Source of the DNA: Octopus bimaculoides
Taxonomy: Eukaryota
Assembly (NCBI RefSeq): GCF_001194135.2
Contig: NC_068990.1
Location: forward strand, 89,543,508 to 89,596,220
Direction of reading: 5' to 3'
Length of the DNA stretch: 52,713 nt
Under the pieces are notes generated by a model. That model saw only the letters and a list, made by a program, of their open reading frames with translations. It searched no databases and was not told the origin of the DNA. Below are positions 37,086 through 48,790 of this stretch, one piece after another (position 1 is the first letter of the stretch; each line of letters begins with the position of its first letter). The translations under genes were made by a program, and so were the position numbers.

Positions 37086-38094
37086 GAAAATAGTTGGGAC
37101 ATCGAAAAATGCCTCGTGGTATTTTTTTCGGCTTTTAACGTTCTGATGAGGTCAATTTCGCCCTTATGTCTCCAGAGCCGACGATAGAAAAAAGGAACCA
37201 GACAAGTAGTGATGTCGATGTAACTGACTTACATCCCCCACCTAAAAATTGCTATCCGTAATAGTATTACTAGTGGTAGTTAAGACGGTGAGCCGACAGA
37301 AACGTTAACAGGCCGAGTGAAATACTTAGCGGTATTTCGTTTGTCTTTATGTTCTGAGTTCAAATTCTGCCGAGGCCGACTTTGCCTTTCATCCTTTTGG
37401 GGTCGATAAATCAAGTACCAGTTGCGTAATCGACTTCCCCCCCNNNNNNNNNNNNAATTTCAGGCCTTGTGTCTAGAGTAGAAAAGAACATATATTGCCC
37501 GACGAAGCAGCTAGCTGGCAGAATCGTTAGCACGCCAGGCGAAATGCTTAGCGGTATTTTGCCCGTCGCTGCGTTCTGCGTTCAAAGTCGACTTTGCCTT
37601 TCATCCTTTCGGGGTCAATTAAATAAGTACCAATTACGCACTGGGGTCGATGTAATCAACTTAATTCCGTTGTCTGTCCTTGTTTGTCCCCTCTATGTTT
37701 AGCCCCTTGTGGGCAATAAAGAAATAAGAAACGTTAGCACGCCGGGCGAAATGCTTAGCGGTATTTCGTCTGCCACTGCGTTCTGAGTTCAAATTCCGCC
37801 GAGGTCGACTTTGCCTTTCATCCTTTCGGGGTCGATAAATTAAGTACCAGTTACGCACTGGGGTCGATATAATCGACTTAATCCGTTTGTCTGTCCTTGT
37901 TTGTCCCCTCTGTGTGTAGCCCCTTGTGAACAGTAAAGAAATAGGTATTTCGTCTGTCTTTTCGTTCCACCGAGATCGACTTTGCCTTTCATCCTTTCGG
38001 GGTCGATAAATTAAGTACCAGTTGCGTACTGGGGTCGATCTAATCGACTAGCACCCTCCCCCAAAATTTCGGGCCTTGCGCCTAGAGTAGAAAC
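37086..38094 (+). mobile_element. Head-to-tail array of about five SINE family B units
   Basis: Units at ~37086-37255 (degenerate), 37284-37488, 37506-37728, 37729-37943 and 37944-38094. Shared core gaggtcgactttgcctttcatcctttcggggtcgataaattaagtaccag, B-box-like gagttcaaattc, and two different tails. Confidence 0.9.
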
Positions 38095-38341
38095 AATTGT
38101 TACCAGTAGCAGTGTTAGTAGTATTACTAATAGCATTAGTAGCGATCGTTCTATCGGTAAATAACTAATATCGTCTGTAGCAGGGACAGCAGCAACGGTA
38201 GATTTAGTAGTAACAGTAGTTGTTGTTGTTTTATTATTGTTGCTGTTAAGCATTCATAATATATCGAACGTATTAACAACGATTTGTGAAAGAGATTACT
38301 TTTCAGAAATTACAAGATAACCCCAGTAAAAAAAAGTCATG

Positions 38342-38344
<3 letters not shown>

Positions 38345-38411
<67 letters not shown>

Positions 38412-38664
38412 CCATATACACAAATACTCCACTCCAACATATACACATACAGAAACACAAAAACACATAAACACCCCTTCCACACACACATACATAAACG
38501 CACGTAAACATTCACGCACTCACACAAGTACGTGTATATACGCGCAAACCCTACGAAACGAAAACATATTTATTGATATAAAAATTGTATACATAATGGA
38601 TTACTTATAGATAAATATTCACATATACATGTGTGCTTACATATATATATATATATACATATAT

Positions 38665-38705
<41 letters not shown>

Positions 38706-38766
38706 CACATACATACATACATATATATATATATGTATACGTATATATATACATACATATATAAAC

Positions 38767-38804
<38 letters not shown>

Positions 38805-38888
38805 ATATATACATATATATATACATAAATATATACACGCATACATACATATATATACATACACATATACATACATATATATACATAC

Positions 38889-38956
<68 letters not shown>

Positions 38957-39006
38957 ATATTCAGATGCGCAAATATATACGTATATTATAACTTTTTATA
39001 CGTGTA

Positions 39007-39074
<68 letters not shown>

Positions 39075-39125
39075 TATATACATGTATATATACACACACA
39101 CATACATATTCATATAAGTCCATAT
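38345..39125. repeat. Long (TA)n/(CA)n/(TACA)n microsatellite field
   Basis: Read directly; source of many I/Y/H/T pseudo-ORFs. Confidence 0.9.
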
Positions 39126-39958
39126 ATTGATGCTTGTATGTCTCAGCGTGTGGGGACGGTGGCGTGCTGCCTCTGTGTACTTGCCTTCTGTCAATCTTAT
39201 TAGCATCTGTAAGTAGTTTTTGTGTATGTTTAATGATGCATGGCAATTTATCTGTTCCACAGCAAGAATCATAATATATTAATATCTTTTGCTGAGGAAA
39301 TCTTCAGTTACCAACACAAGCAATTTTGCAGAAGCGCTGAAGCGAAGTGATAAGTCAACGTTTCGTTCGCTAGATTGGATGCATTAAGTCAATTTGACGA
39401 ACCTTTCAAATGCTACCAATAGTATATCTTGCACGGGAGGCGGGTAGCATTTCAGAATTAATAAGACTCTATCCACAATCCATGCATTTGCTCTCGCTTT
39501 ATTATCTAATATGTAAATTGCAATATGTAGGTGCGCAGTTAAGAAATGTTATACTGTTGCACTTTTATTACTTATTTCGATCCCGCTACGCGGTAAATCG
39601 GGCAAATGTTTTCTCTTCTGCCATTGGCTCAGGTTTCCAAATCCATTGTGAATGGATGCTGCTTGACTGAACGCATGCGTGAGCCTTTGACCTGTGTTCA
39701 TGTCTGAGTTTGCGTTGTTATTTATGTCCTTTATCTTAGCTGTTTGGCAAAATGTTCAATACCAGCCTGAAGTAATTAGTAGTTTCGATATGATTAACAA
39801 TAATACAAACACATCATTGTAGGTAATACCCCGGAATAGCTGCAACTGCACTATTGAAAGCTGTGAAAAGGGTAATGATAACTATAACACATATAAGGAC
39901 AGCAGAAACGTTAGCGCTCGGGCGAAATACTTAGAGGTATTTCGTCTGTCTTTTCATA

Positions 39959-40131
39959 GGCGTAGGAGTGGCTGTGTGGTAAGTAGATTGCTTACGAACC
40001 ACATGGTTCTGGGTTCAGTCCCACTGCGTAGCACCTTGGGCAAGTGTCTTCTACTATAGCCTCGGGCCGACCAAAGCCTTGTGAGTGGATTTGGTCGACG
40101 GAAGCTGAGAGAAGTCCGTCGTATATGTGTA

Positions 40132-40162
<31 letters not shown>

Positions 40163-40377
40163 GTGTGTATGTTTGTGTGTCTGTGTTTGTCCCCCCCCCC
40201 AGCATCGCTTGACAACCGATGGTGGTGTGTTTACGTCCCCGTAGTTTAGCGGTTCGGCAAAAGAGACCGATAGAATAAGTACTAGGCTTACAAAGAGTAA
40301 GTCCTGGCGTCGATTTGATCGACTAAAGGCGGTGCTCCAGCATGGCCGCAGTCAAATGACTGAAACAAGTAAAAGAG

Positions 40378-40378
<1 letters not shown>
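39959..40378 (+). mobile_element. Full-length tRNA-derived SINE family A (CORE-like central domain)
   Basis: A-box-like TGGCTGTGTGG, B-box-like GGTTCAGTCCC, core gcaccttgggcaagtgtcttc (resembles the CORE start ccttgggcaagt), internal microsatellite, tail gactgaaacaagtaaaagag. Preceded by a family B head fragment (39900-39955). Confidence 0.92.
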
Positions 40379-40414
<36 letters not shown>

Positions 40415-40813
40415 GTGTGTGTGTGTGTGTGTGTAAAGGTAAGATCCAAGGATGAAAGTGGAGGAAGTTAGTAAGCTCCGTAATGTCCGTATAAAACGAA
40501 CAAGTGTGGTTTATTGACGTATGTTATATATACATATGTAGACATACAACAACAACACGCGCGCGCACACACACACAAACATGCAAGCTATTACATTAAA
40601 CAAAATAATTTCTTGGAATTTAAGGTGATTTTCTTTGTCTCTCATATCCAAGATAAAGATGTTTCTTTGCTTCTTACAACCACTTATGGGAAAAAAAAAA
40701 CAATCTCATTCGCTTTATCTTCATCTGCACTTGTATTTATCGCTGACACTGTCACTTATGCATACACTGAGACATTTGTGAATGTATACGCATCTACATA
40801 CATACATACATAC

Positions 40814-41784
40814 TGTTACGAACGCCCGCACGCGAAGCACCTCCCTAACACCGAAGAGGGGACTCGCGCACGCGCGAACGTTCATACGCTCAGCGAGCTA
40901 GCAACTCGTCTCGGTCACCTGACCGATAATAAAGCCCCGGCTGGAGCACGCGCAACGAAGAACAACACAGGCAAAAGGAGGGGAGGAAGAAACAACACGA
41001 AGGCCATGCGTTGGGTAACCTTTTATTTTTCTTTACATAACATCACAGAATACATTTAAAACATTAGACTAGAGCATTACATCATAACAATTCCAATACA
41101 TGGCATAACAGTTCAATAACGTTGACAAAGTTTCCAAACAATTAGAAGCTTTTCAATCATTTTTACATCCCAAAGTTCGTGTCTCAAGTTTCATTTGACA
41201 ACAAAGTTCTTCTGCTTCTTTCTTTTGTATTTCTTTTCTTTTCCTTTCTTTTAGAAGCATTTAACAACACAGTTAACAACTCAGAGTTATTTTTCTCTAA
41301 AATAATATAAAAGCATTTACCACAACGAAGTTCGTTTCCTTCAGGTCTGCTACTTCCACTGACCAAGGCAGTCTGCCACTACAATTCCGTCTCTCTCTCT
41401 CTGGGACTCTATGCGTTTCTGCTGACCATATCTTTCTCTCTGTCAGACTTATTCATCTTCATCTCTTCGACTGGCTCCATCTCCAAGGGCAAACTGCTGT
41501 CCCCCAACTGCTCCGGCTGGCTGCTACAACCCAACTGCCTCTGCTGGCTGCCAGAACTCCACTGGCCAAAATTCTCTGCTCACTGCTTCGGCCGACTGCT
41601 TCCCGCCAATTCCTGTCCTGCTGAACTTTCGGTGACCGGAAAGGGGGCAGCTACGCTAAAAATAGCTGTGGTTGCCGACGAGACAAAGGAAATACCATTG
41701 TCCCCAACTGACCAGAGTACGGGTTCAAAACCCAGCCCGGGAGATAGGGATATAATGCTAATTGTATTTTCGGTGGTCGCATCA
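40814..41784 (-). mobile_element. Solo LTR (~970 bp), Gypsy-like
   Basis: TG...CA ends (TGTTACG / GTCGCATCA) with ATAC on both sides, inside an (ATAC)n tract. On the minus strand there is AATAAA at 41022-41027 and a CpG-rich U5-like end ...GTTCGTAACA. No internal coding region, PBS or PPT. Confidence 0.7.
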
Positions 41785-41967
41785 ATACATACATACATAC
41801 ATACATATATATTTATGCATGTATACATATGTATGTATATATATATATCTTACCCATACATTTGGTAGATATCATTATATGAACATATATATACACACAC
41901 ATACATATATATGAATATATACTTACATATATGGATATATATTTACACGTATATTTATACATGTATG

Positions 41968-42015
<48 letters not shown>

Positions 42016-42303
42016 ACGTGTACGTAGGTATGCATTGGTTACAAACATTAATGTGCGTATAAACATTTATAGATATGCAGTGAGAAATGATATGTATTTA
42101 TTTACGTGTGTGTATATGTGTGTGTATATATATAAATTCTTGTATTAGCTCTGATAACTTTGGTAGGTTTCGGACAGTATAGGCCGAGGTCATATCTAAC
42201 TTAATAGCACCACCAAGTGAAGTGTTTCAGTCATATATGGTGCTCTGATTTACATACGGAAAGAATATACAGAATACGCAACACACACAAGCACACACAC
42301 ACA

Positions 42304-42344
<41 letters not shown>

Positions 42345-42773
42345 ATATAACAATCCACCTACCGAGTATTTACTAATCTGTGAATATGTCTATGTACGAG
42401 TATACATGATTATACATACACACACACACACACACACATATATATATTATATGTATGTAAATGTATAAACACATATATATTATATACACACACACACACG
42501 TGCGAGCACGCACACAGGTTATGTGTATCGTTAAATACATACCTTCATTTGATATTCTATATTTTACCATCAAAAATGCGTTTCCCACTCTGTGGACATT
42601 TAAGTATCATCTTGAAAATTGTCTTGAGGATAATTTGTTTAAACAAGATTTGCCTGCATTCATGATAAAACGAGGAAAAAAAAATATATAAACTCCAGAA
42701 AACTTTAAGTGTATGCATGAAAAGGAAGCATAAATTTCATCTGAATCAATTTGAGAGAGCGATGTATCTCTTG

Positions 42774-42774
<1 letters not shown>

Positions 42775-42812
<38 letters not shown>

Positions 42813-42816
42813 CAAA

Positions 42817-42883
<67 letters not shown>

Positions 42884-42905
42884 GGAGAGAGAGAGAAGGA
42901 GAAAG
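42775..42905. repeat. (TC)n(TA)n(AG)n compound microsatellite
   Basis: Read directly. Confidence 0.95.
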
Positions 42906-43303
42906 AGAAAAGAGGAGAATGACATCGAATCGTGGAATTATTATGGAATCCCAATGTAATACAATCCCATCTTCTCCATACTGTTTTTCTTTATTTGTTA
43001 TTGATTTTGTTTTCTTTATCAAAACTACAAAATCAATAATGCTCATCTATATAAGTCGGCATATCCTCTGTAGCATATGCTGCTGCAGTGTTGTCTTCTG
43101 ATAGCCAGGTTGGAGGAAGAGAAAAGATAAAACTATTCATTTAACTTATGCGTTCTTTAGGAAATTTGCCGAAGGCTTATCTTTTGTTTATCATGTGAAT
43201 CGTTAGATCTTTAGTGTATTTTAGCGATCAGGGCGAAGTATGTTGCAGCGTCTTCTTCCGTTTCCTTTCTGTTTTCTTTTTCATTAATTTATTAATTTGA
43301 AAT

Positions 43304-43985
43304 GCTGAGCTGGCAAAAGGGTTAGTGTGTCGGAAAAAACGGTTAACCATCTTTCTTGTGCAGAGGCGGTACCATAACCAAAGAGGTAAATCGAGCCGCG
43401 GTTATTGTTAGTTGAAAAATATATTTATTCTGGCTTTTTACATTCTGAGTTCAAATTCCATTAATGTCGACTTCACCTTTCATCCTTTCATCCTGAAATA
43501 CGTACCAGTCTAGTACTGGAGTTGACGGATCCGACTAAAACCTCACTTCTGAAATACTAGCCTTGTACCAAACATTAAAACCACCTTTTTGTTTACTTAA
43601 GTCCGTCAGCTGCGAGAATTGTTTCAGCGTCGGCAAAAGGTGTATAGCGCAGTACCTTTCGGCTTTTTTTATATTCATCGTTCAAATCCTGCCGAGTTCG
43701 ACTTTGACTTTCATCCTATTGGGGTAAACAAAATATGTACCTGTTGAGCATTGGGGTTGTATTCGACTAACTCCGTCGTCCCCAAATTGCTCGCCAGAAC
43801 TTGAATCAAAAAAAAATTTGGAAACCGTTGCTTTACTTGGACTGATGGTGAATTAACAGAATTGTTAGAGCATCATGAAAAATGCTTTGAGGTATTTCTT
43901 CCGGTTATTTACTTTCTGAGTTGAAATCCTGCCGGAGTTAGCTTTACCTTTTCTCGTTTCAAGTATAAGGTTTCAATCAAGACTG
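43304..43985 (+). mobile_element. Old, degenerate tandem cluster of about three SINE family B units
   Basis: Recurrent ttctgagttcaaattcc / gttcaaatcctgccgagttcgactttgactttcatcc / ttctgagttgaaatcctgccggagttagctttaccttt. Confidence 0.7.
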
Positions 43986-44235
43986 CGATCGATGATGTTG
44001 ACTATTTCCATTCACTCAAAACAGTTTGGAGAGCCATGTGGATTGCCGTCAGTCTGTGGCACTGCGTTGAAATAAGGAGCTCATTAAATCGATATCAGTA
44101 CTGATTTGAAGTCTGACACTACTTCTACCAGTTTCTTTTGCTGAACTGCTAAGTTGTAGAGACACGAATAAAATCAACACAACACCAGTGGTAAAGCTGC
44201 GATACATATATACGCACACACAAACACACTCCTCC

Positions 44236-44279
<44 letters not shown>

Positions 44280-44302
44280 TACATACATACATACAAACTA
44301 AA

Positions 44303-44412
44303 ATACCCTGCTGATGTTGTTGAAATCTCGATGAAGGAGCCTTGGATCTTGGTTTGAAACCGGTTCTTTCTCTGCTGGCAAGGAATCTTAAAATAAAACT
44401 GAATAATGACAT
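44303..44412 (+). repeat. Second copy of the dispersed repeat with hammerhead-like core
   Basis: TCGATGA-AG-GAGCC(ttggatctt)GGTTT-GAAAC-CG-GTT; homologous to 35165-35278 inverted. Confidence 0.8.
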
Positions 44413-44431
44413 ACATACATACATACATACG

Positions 44432-44507
<76 letters not shown>

Positions 44508-44813
44508 AATACATGCATGCATGAATATATGCGCACACTTAGTTGTATGTATCTGCAAAGACACATATATAAAATGTCATGATGCACAGATGCACAAACA
44601 CCGGAATACTAAAGAGACATGTTTACACAGAGCATAAATGCAGGTGTATAAAACTACATATGTACACACACTAATTTAACCAGATATCGACAAACCTCGG
44701 GAACTGTCTTAACTCAAAAAGTTTTGTGACATTTTTAATGATCGCCTTGAACTCCATGACAAGCTTAAATATATCTCAAAGAAAACATATATCCATACAT
44801 GTATACACGCAGC

Positions 44814-44931
<118 letters not shown>

Positions 44932-45349
44932 CGTATCTATGTATATATTCTTTATTCTATGACACAGCGCAGTACCAGTAAGTGGGGGCACTAACGTTTA
45001 ACAATTTCATTTATCTTCTGTCTCACTCGTTATTGATTCGGTGAGCTGACGGCCTCTAACCTCCTGCTGTGAATTACATTTAATTAAATGCATTAACGTT
45101 AAATGAAGTTCGTAATTAACTTTAAAATGTTGTGGAGGCTATACCGTGGAGATAGTAATCAATCGCTATATCAAATCTGAAAATATAGCCACAGTTCCTG
45201 GTTTGAGTTGTATTCACGTCATACCCGTGTTCCTACAAAGGGAAGGGGTAATTTTGTTCTGATTGAGCTAGTTCGTGTACACGATTCCTTCATAACTTTC
45301 CAAAGATCAGATATTTATTTTACTTAATTACTTCGCTCCCTACGGACCT

Positions 45350-45640
45350 TAGGCTTTTGACGGCTCTTCTCACACTTTTCACCCCCGCCTCTTTGAAGGA
45401 TGGCCTTCCTCTCCTTAGTCTTCGAATTATCATCAATGCTTCTGTAACTTTGCTTTTTTTTCTAGTTTGGGGTGCTGGTCCTACGCAAGCCCATTTTTAC
45501 TTCTGGGAAGCGACGGTCCATATTAGTCCGGCCTCTTTGACCTGTCCTGCGTAAGATGCCCTACTAAAGCTTGCGCACTGCTGGCTTAGCTCTCAGGGTC
45601 TTGAGTTATACAAGCCACCACACCGCAACAAGGACTGGGC
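45350..45640 (-). mobile_element. RTE-clade LINE 5' UTR remnant
   Basis: Minus strand CCTTGTTGCGGTGTGGTGGCTTGTATAACTCAAGACCCTGAGAGCTAAGCC resembles the conserved RTE/BovB 5' motif CCTTGTCGTGGCGAAGGGGCTTGCGTAACTCAATGA (recalled), followed by gacaggtcaaag...gtaggaccagcacccc...aaaa. Confidence 0.55.
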
Positions 45641-45791
45641 TCTGTGATAAAAGGGTCAGATGGGGGAGGCCAAAATCTGATTCCGAGGAAACTGGAGATG
45701 GTTTAACTATGGCAGCAATCATGGATTCATTGGCGAAATGATAGAAATTTGAGTTTTTCAATCGTCACAGTAATTTAACTTCGTCAGGTTT

Positions 45792-45854
<63 letters not shown>

Positions 45855-46916
45855 AATATGTAGGGCAGTAACTTAGTATATAACAAAATTATTATTATTT
45901 TATTATAAAGATCCGTAAATAGAGTCTTGTCTGAAAGCATATACATATCTATAAAGGAATAAGCCATCTGATGTCGACCAGAGAGCAAATAAATGGAAAT
46001 GTATAGGTGCGTTTTATAAATGCATCGTCGATAAATAAAATTAATAGTTTGGTAAATTATAAAGGAAGGAATCGTTGTTGTTTAAATTCAAGTCAAAACT
46101 GTTCCATCCACGAACATCTCATCGTCTATTTTTAAACATAATATATATTCAGGACTACATTATCGAATATTTACTCCTCTTTTATTCAACACTATTGTTG
46201 TATAACATTATCACTCACTTGTTCTCTTTCAAAACGTATATACTAATAACGGTGATCGATGAAAACCAAGAAACCAAGACTTCGAACACGCGGTTGATTG
46301 GGTTTCATGTGTCGCCCCTAGATAGGTCATAAGATCGATTTTGGCATGGAAATAACCGTCATATGTGGTCTCTAGATTGATTTGAATTACTCGCTGAGAA
46401 GTCTTGCGAAGTTCACGTTTGGCTTCAGTTGATTGATTCTGTACCAGTTGTAAGGAATTTGTACATTTGCTAATGAGAGTTTAGCAAAGGTGTCTGTTCC
46501 GATTAAGCTGTTCCTAAGAACCTGTGATAACACTCATATCTTTCAAGGCTATTTTCACATAACCTTCATAGTACTTTTCCCGGCTACCGACCGTTCTCTT
46601 TCTTTCCAACATGCAACAAATCACCTACGTTGTTTTCCTTCGGTTATTTGCTTGATTAAGTATTTAAAATCTCCTTCACTTTCGTAGGAGAGTAATAGTT
46701 AATGCAATTAGATCCAAATTATTTTTATAATTTATCATTAAGTAAACAAGAAAAGCGATGAGTTTCTTTAACTGCAATTTGGCTGTCAGTTTAATTTCTA
46801 TTTTATTAAATAGAATGCCTGGCTTCGTTGTATTCAACCTGTCGAATGATTTATGAGGTACGGCCTAACGAAGTTAGTTACAATAAATGCGAAATATGTT
46901 TACTCACACACATGTG

Positions 46917-46956
<40 letters not shown>

Positions 46957-47020
46957 NNNNNNNNNNNNNNNNNNNNNNNNNNNNNNNNNNNNNNNATATA
47001 TGTATATATATTAATCTCCA

Positions 47021-47453
47021 AAACGGAATAAGAACGTAACGGACAACAATAAAAACATACGGACAGATAAACGATACAAAGATAGACAGGAAAATCTAGG
47101 ACGGATCATTCGTGGCCTTCTATTCTTCAGTCAAGTTTCCAATTATTATTACAGTTTCAGCCTGTTACATTTCAGACTGTTCAAAATTGGTTTGCCCCCA
47201 AAATCTAAGCTAAGAGCATTAAATTTTTGGAAGAAAGCAAGCGAATATGTACGACAATACAGACAAAATTTAATGAGGGCAACCAATTCTGAAGAGTCTT
47301 AAGTATAACAGGCCGAAACTGCAATGATAATTGGAAACTTGACTGAAGAATAGAAGGTCATGAATGATCCGTTCTGGTTTTTTCCTGTTCGTCTTTGTAT
47401 CATCTATCTGTCCGTATGTTTTTACTGTCGTCCGTTACGTTCTTATTCCGTTT
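47021..47453 (+). mobile_element. PLE-type 3'-terminal fragment with inverted terminal copy (~147-bp arms, ~138-bp spacer)
   Basis: 47021-47167 is the reverse complement of 47306-47453 (high but imperfect identity). The spacer ends in CTGAAGA (47289), stem-like sequence and GGCC-GAAAC (47315). Confidence 0.75.
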
Positions 47454-47492
47454 TTTTTTCGATTTATATATACATATAGCGGCGTACGGACA

Positions 47493-47527
47493 CTTTGACG
47501 TTTCGAGCATAGCTCTTCGTCGGAAAG
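47493..47527 (-). ncRNA. Minimal type I hammerhead-like motif (CCGACGA core)
   Basis: Minus strand CTTT-CCGACGA-A-GAGC(tat)GCTC-GAAAC-GTC-AAAG. Stems I and II are perfect, and a palindromic ACGT forms stem III. Confidence 0.7.
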
Positions 47528-47926
47528 GAAAAGGGAAAATCTAAAGAAGGTGAAGAAATCGCCATCGGCACACGTATAGTTACATTGTAATTACACACAC
47601 ACATACACACACACATACACATACAGACACACACACTCACACACACATATAACAATCGCTAATTACCTCCCCTTAGATTTATGTAGCTACTGATTTATTT
47701 ACGAAACATCTAAAACAACATTCCTGCTACTAACATGGACTAAAAGCTTCTTATGATACCACGAAACCATGAAATTGTAATATTTTCATCAATTTCTTAG
47801 TCTTCATTAGCAAAGCGAAACTGGTTAACTAGGTAAAAAAATATGTTCATTTTATGCATTTTCCTTTTTTTATACATCTTTAAAATATTTTTTGCAATAT
47901 ATATATACATATATATATATATATAC

Positions 47927-47973
<47 letters not shown>

Positions 47974-48005
47974 NNNNNNNNNNNNNNNNNNNNNNNNNNN
48001 NNNNN

Positions 48006-48070
<65 letters not shown>

Positions 48071-48399
48071 TGTGGGAGGGAGGGAGAGCGGCGGAGAGAA
48101 AGTTAATATGGTTTCAAAGTCCTGAAGTGATAGAAAAGATATAACTAGAAGCGACTTAGTGTTGAGATAAGAGAAAATATATCTAGACAACGACTGGTTT
48201 ATAAGTCTTGAAGCGATATACATAATACATGAGAAGAAGCATGCCTAGAAGTTATATACAGAGTTAATATATTGGAAGAGATATATCCAGACAAGGGCTG
48301 GTCTCAAAGAGTGAAAGAAAAAGATTAGGATCAATCTTCAGACATTGAATCTGATCCACATTTTACTGTTGACATGATACCAACCAGTGAAAGTGCGTG

Positions 48400-48790
48400 A
48401 GATAGATAGGTTAGGTGTTGGTCTAACCATAGACTTGCATTTCGGATCGGGTTGTGTGTTGTGTTCTTGAGCAAATCACTTCATTTTCATGTTATTCTGG
48501 TACACTCGGTTACAAAATGAGCCCCAGTTCCAGTGGTATCTGAGAGTTAACTTTCCAAGAGGCTGGTGTCTCTTTCAGTGGGTGAGGAGTCTTCTATTAT
48601 CAGTCTAAAGGATTTGAAAATCCGGATAGGCTCCGATCTTATGAACTTGTAGTCTTCTGGAAGATGATATAAATCAGTGATTTACAAGTTGTTCTAAGCC
48701 AACCAAGAAATCGATATGCGGTCAGTCAATCTACTAGAAAGAAATAGGAGCAAAATTTCCCTCAAATCAACATTTTAAAACTATGAAGAA
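48400..48790 (+). mobile_element. Probable old SINE of a third family
   Basis: tgtgttgtgttcttgagcaaatcacttcattttcatgttattctggtacactcgg resembles a SINE central domain; the tail ctagaaagaaataggagcaaaatttccctcaaatca is of a repeat type recalled from octopus. Very degenerate. Confidence 0.35.

Noticed and set aside
37140-37175. CTGATGAG hammerhead-like core
   Set aside because: It arises from a deletion within the SINE family B sequence (ttctga...gaggtc); there is no stem II or GAAA.
37284-38094. CRISPR-like regularly spaced repeats
   Set aside because: Units are ~200-bp SINEs with Pol III boxes in a eukaryotic context; there are no unique spacers or cas genes.
46230-46480. ~80-codon open frame on the minus strand with possible splice sites
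   Set aside because: No recognisable domain, weak polypyrimidine tract, and two frames equally plausible.
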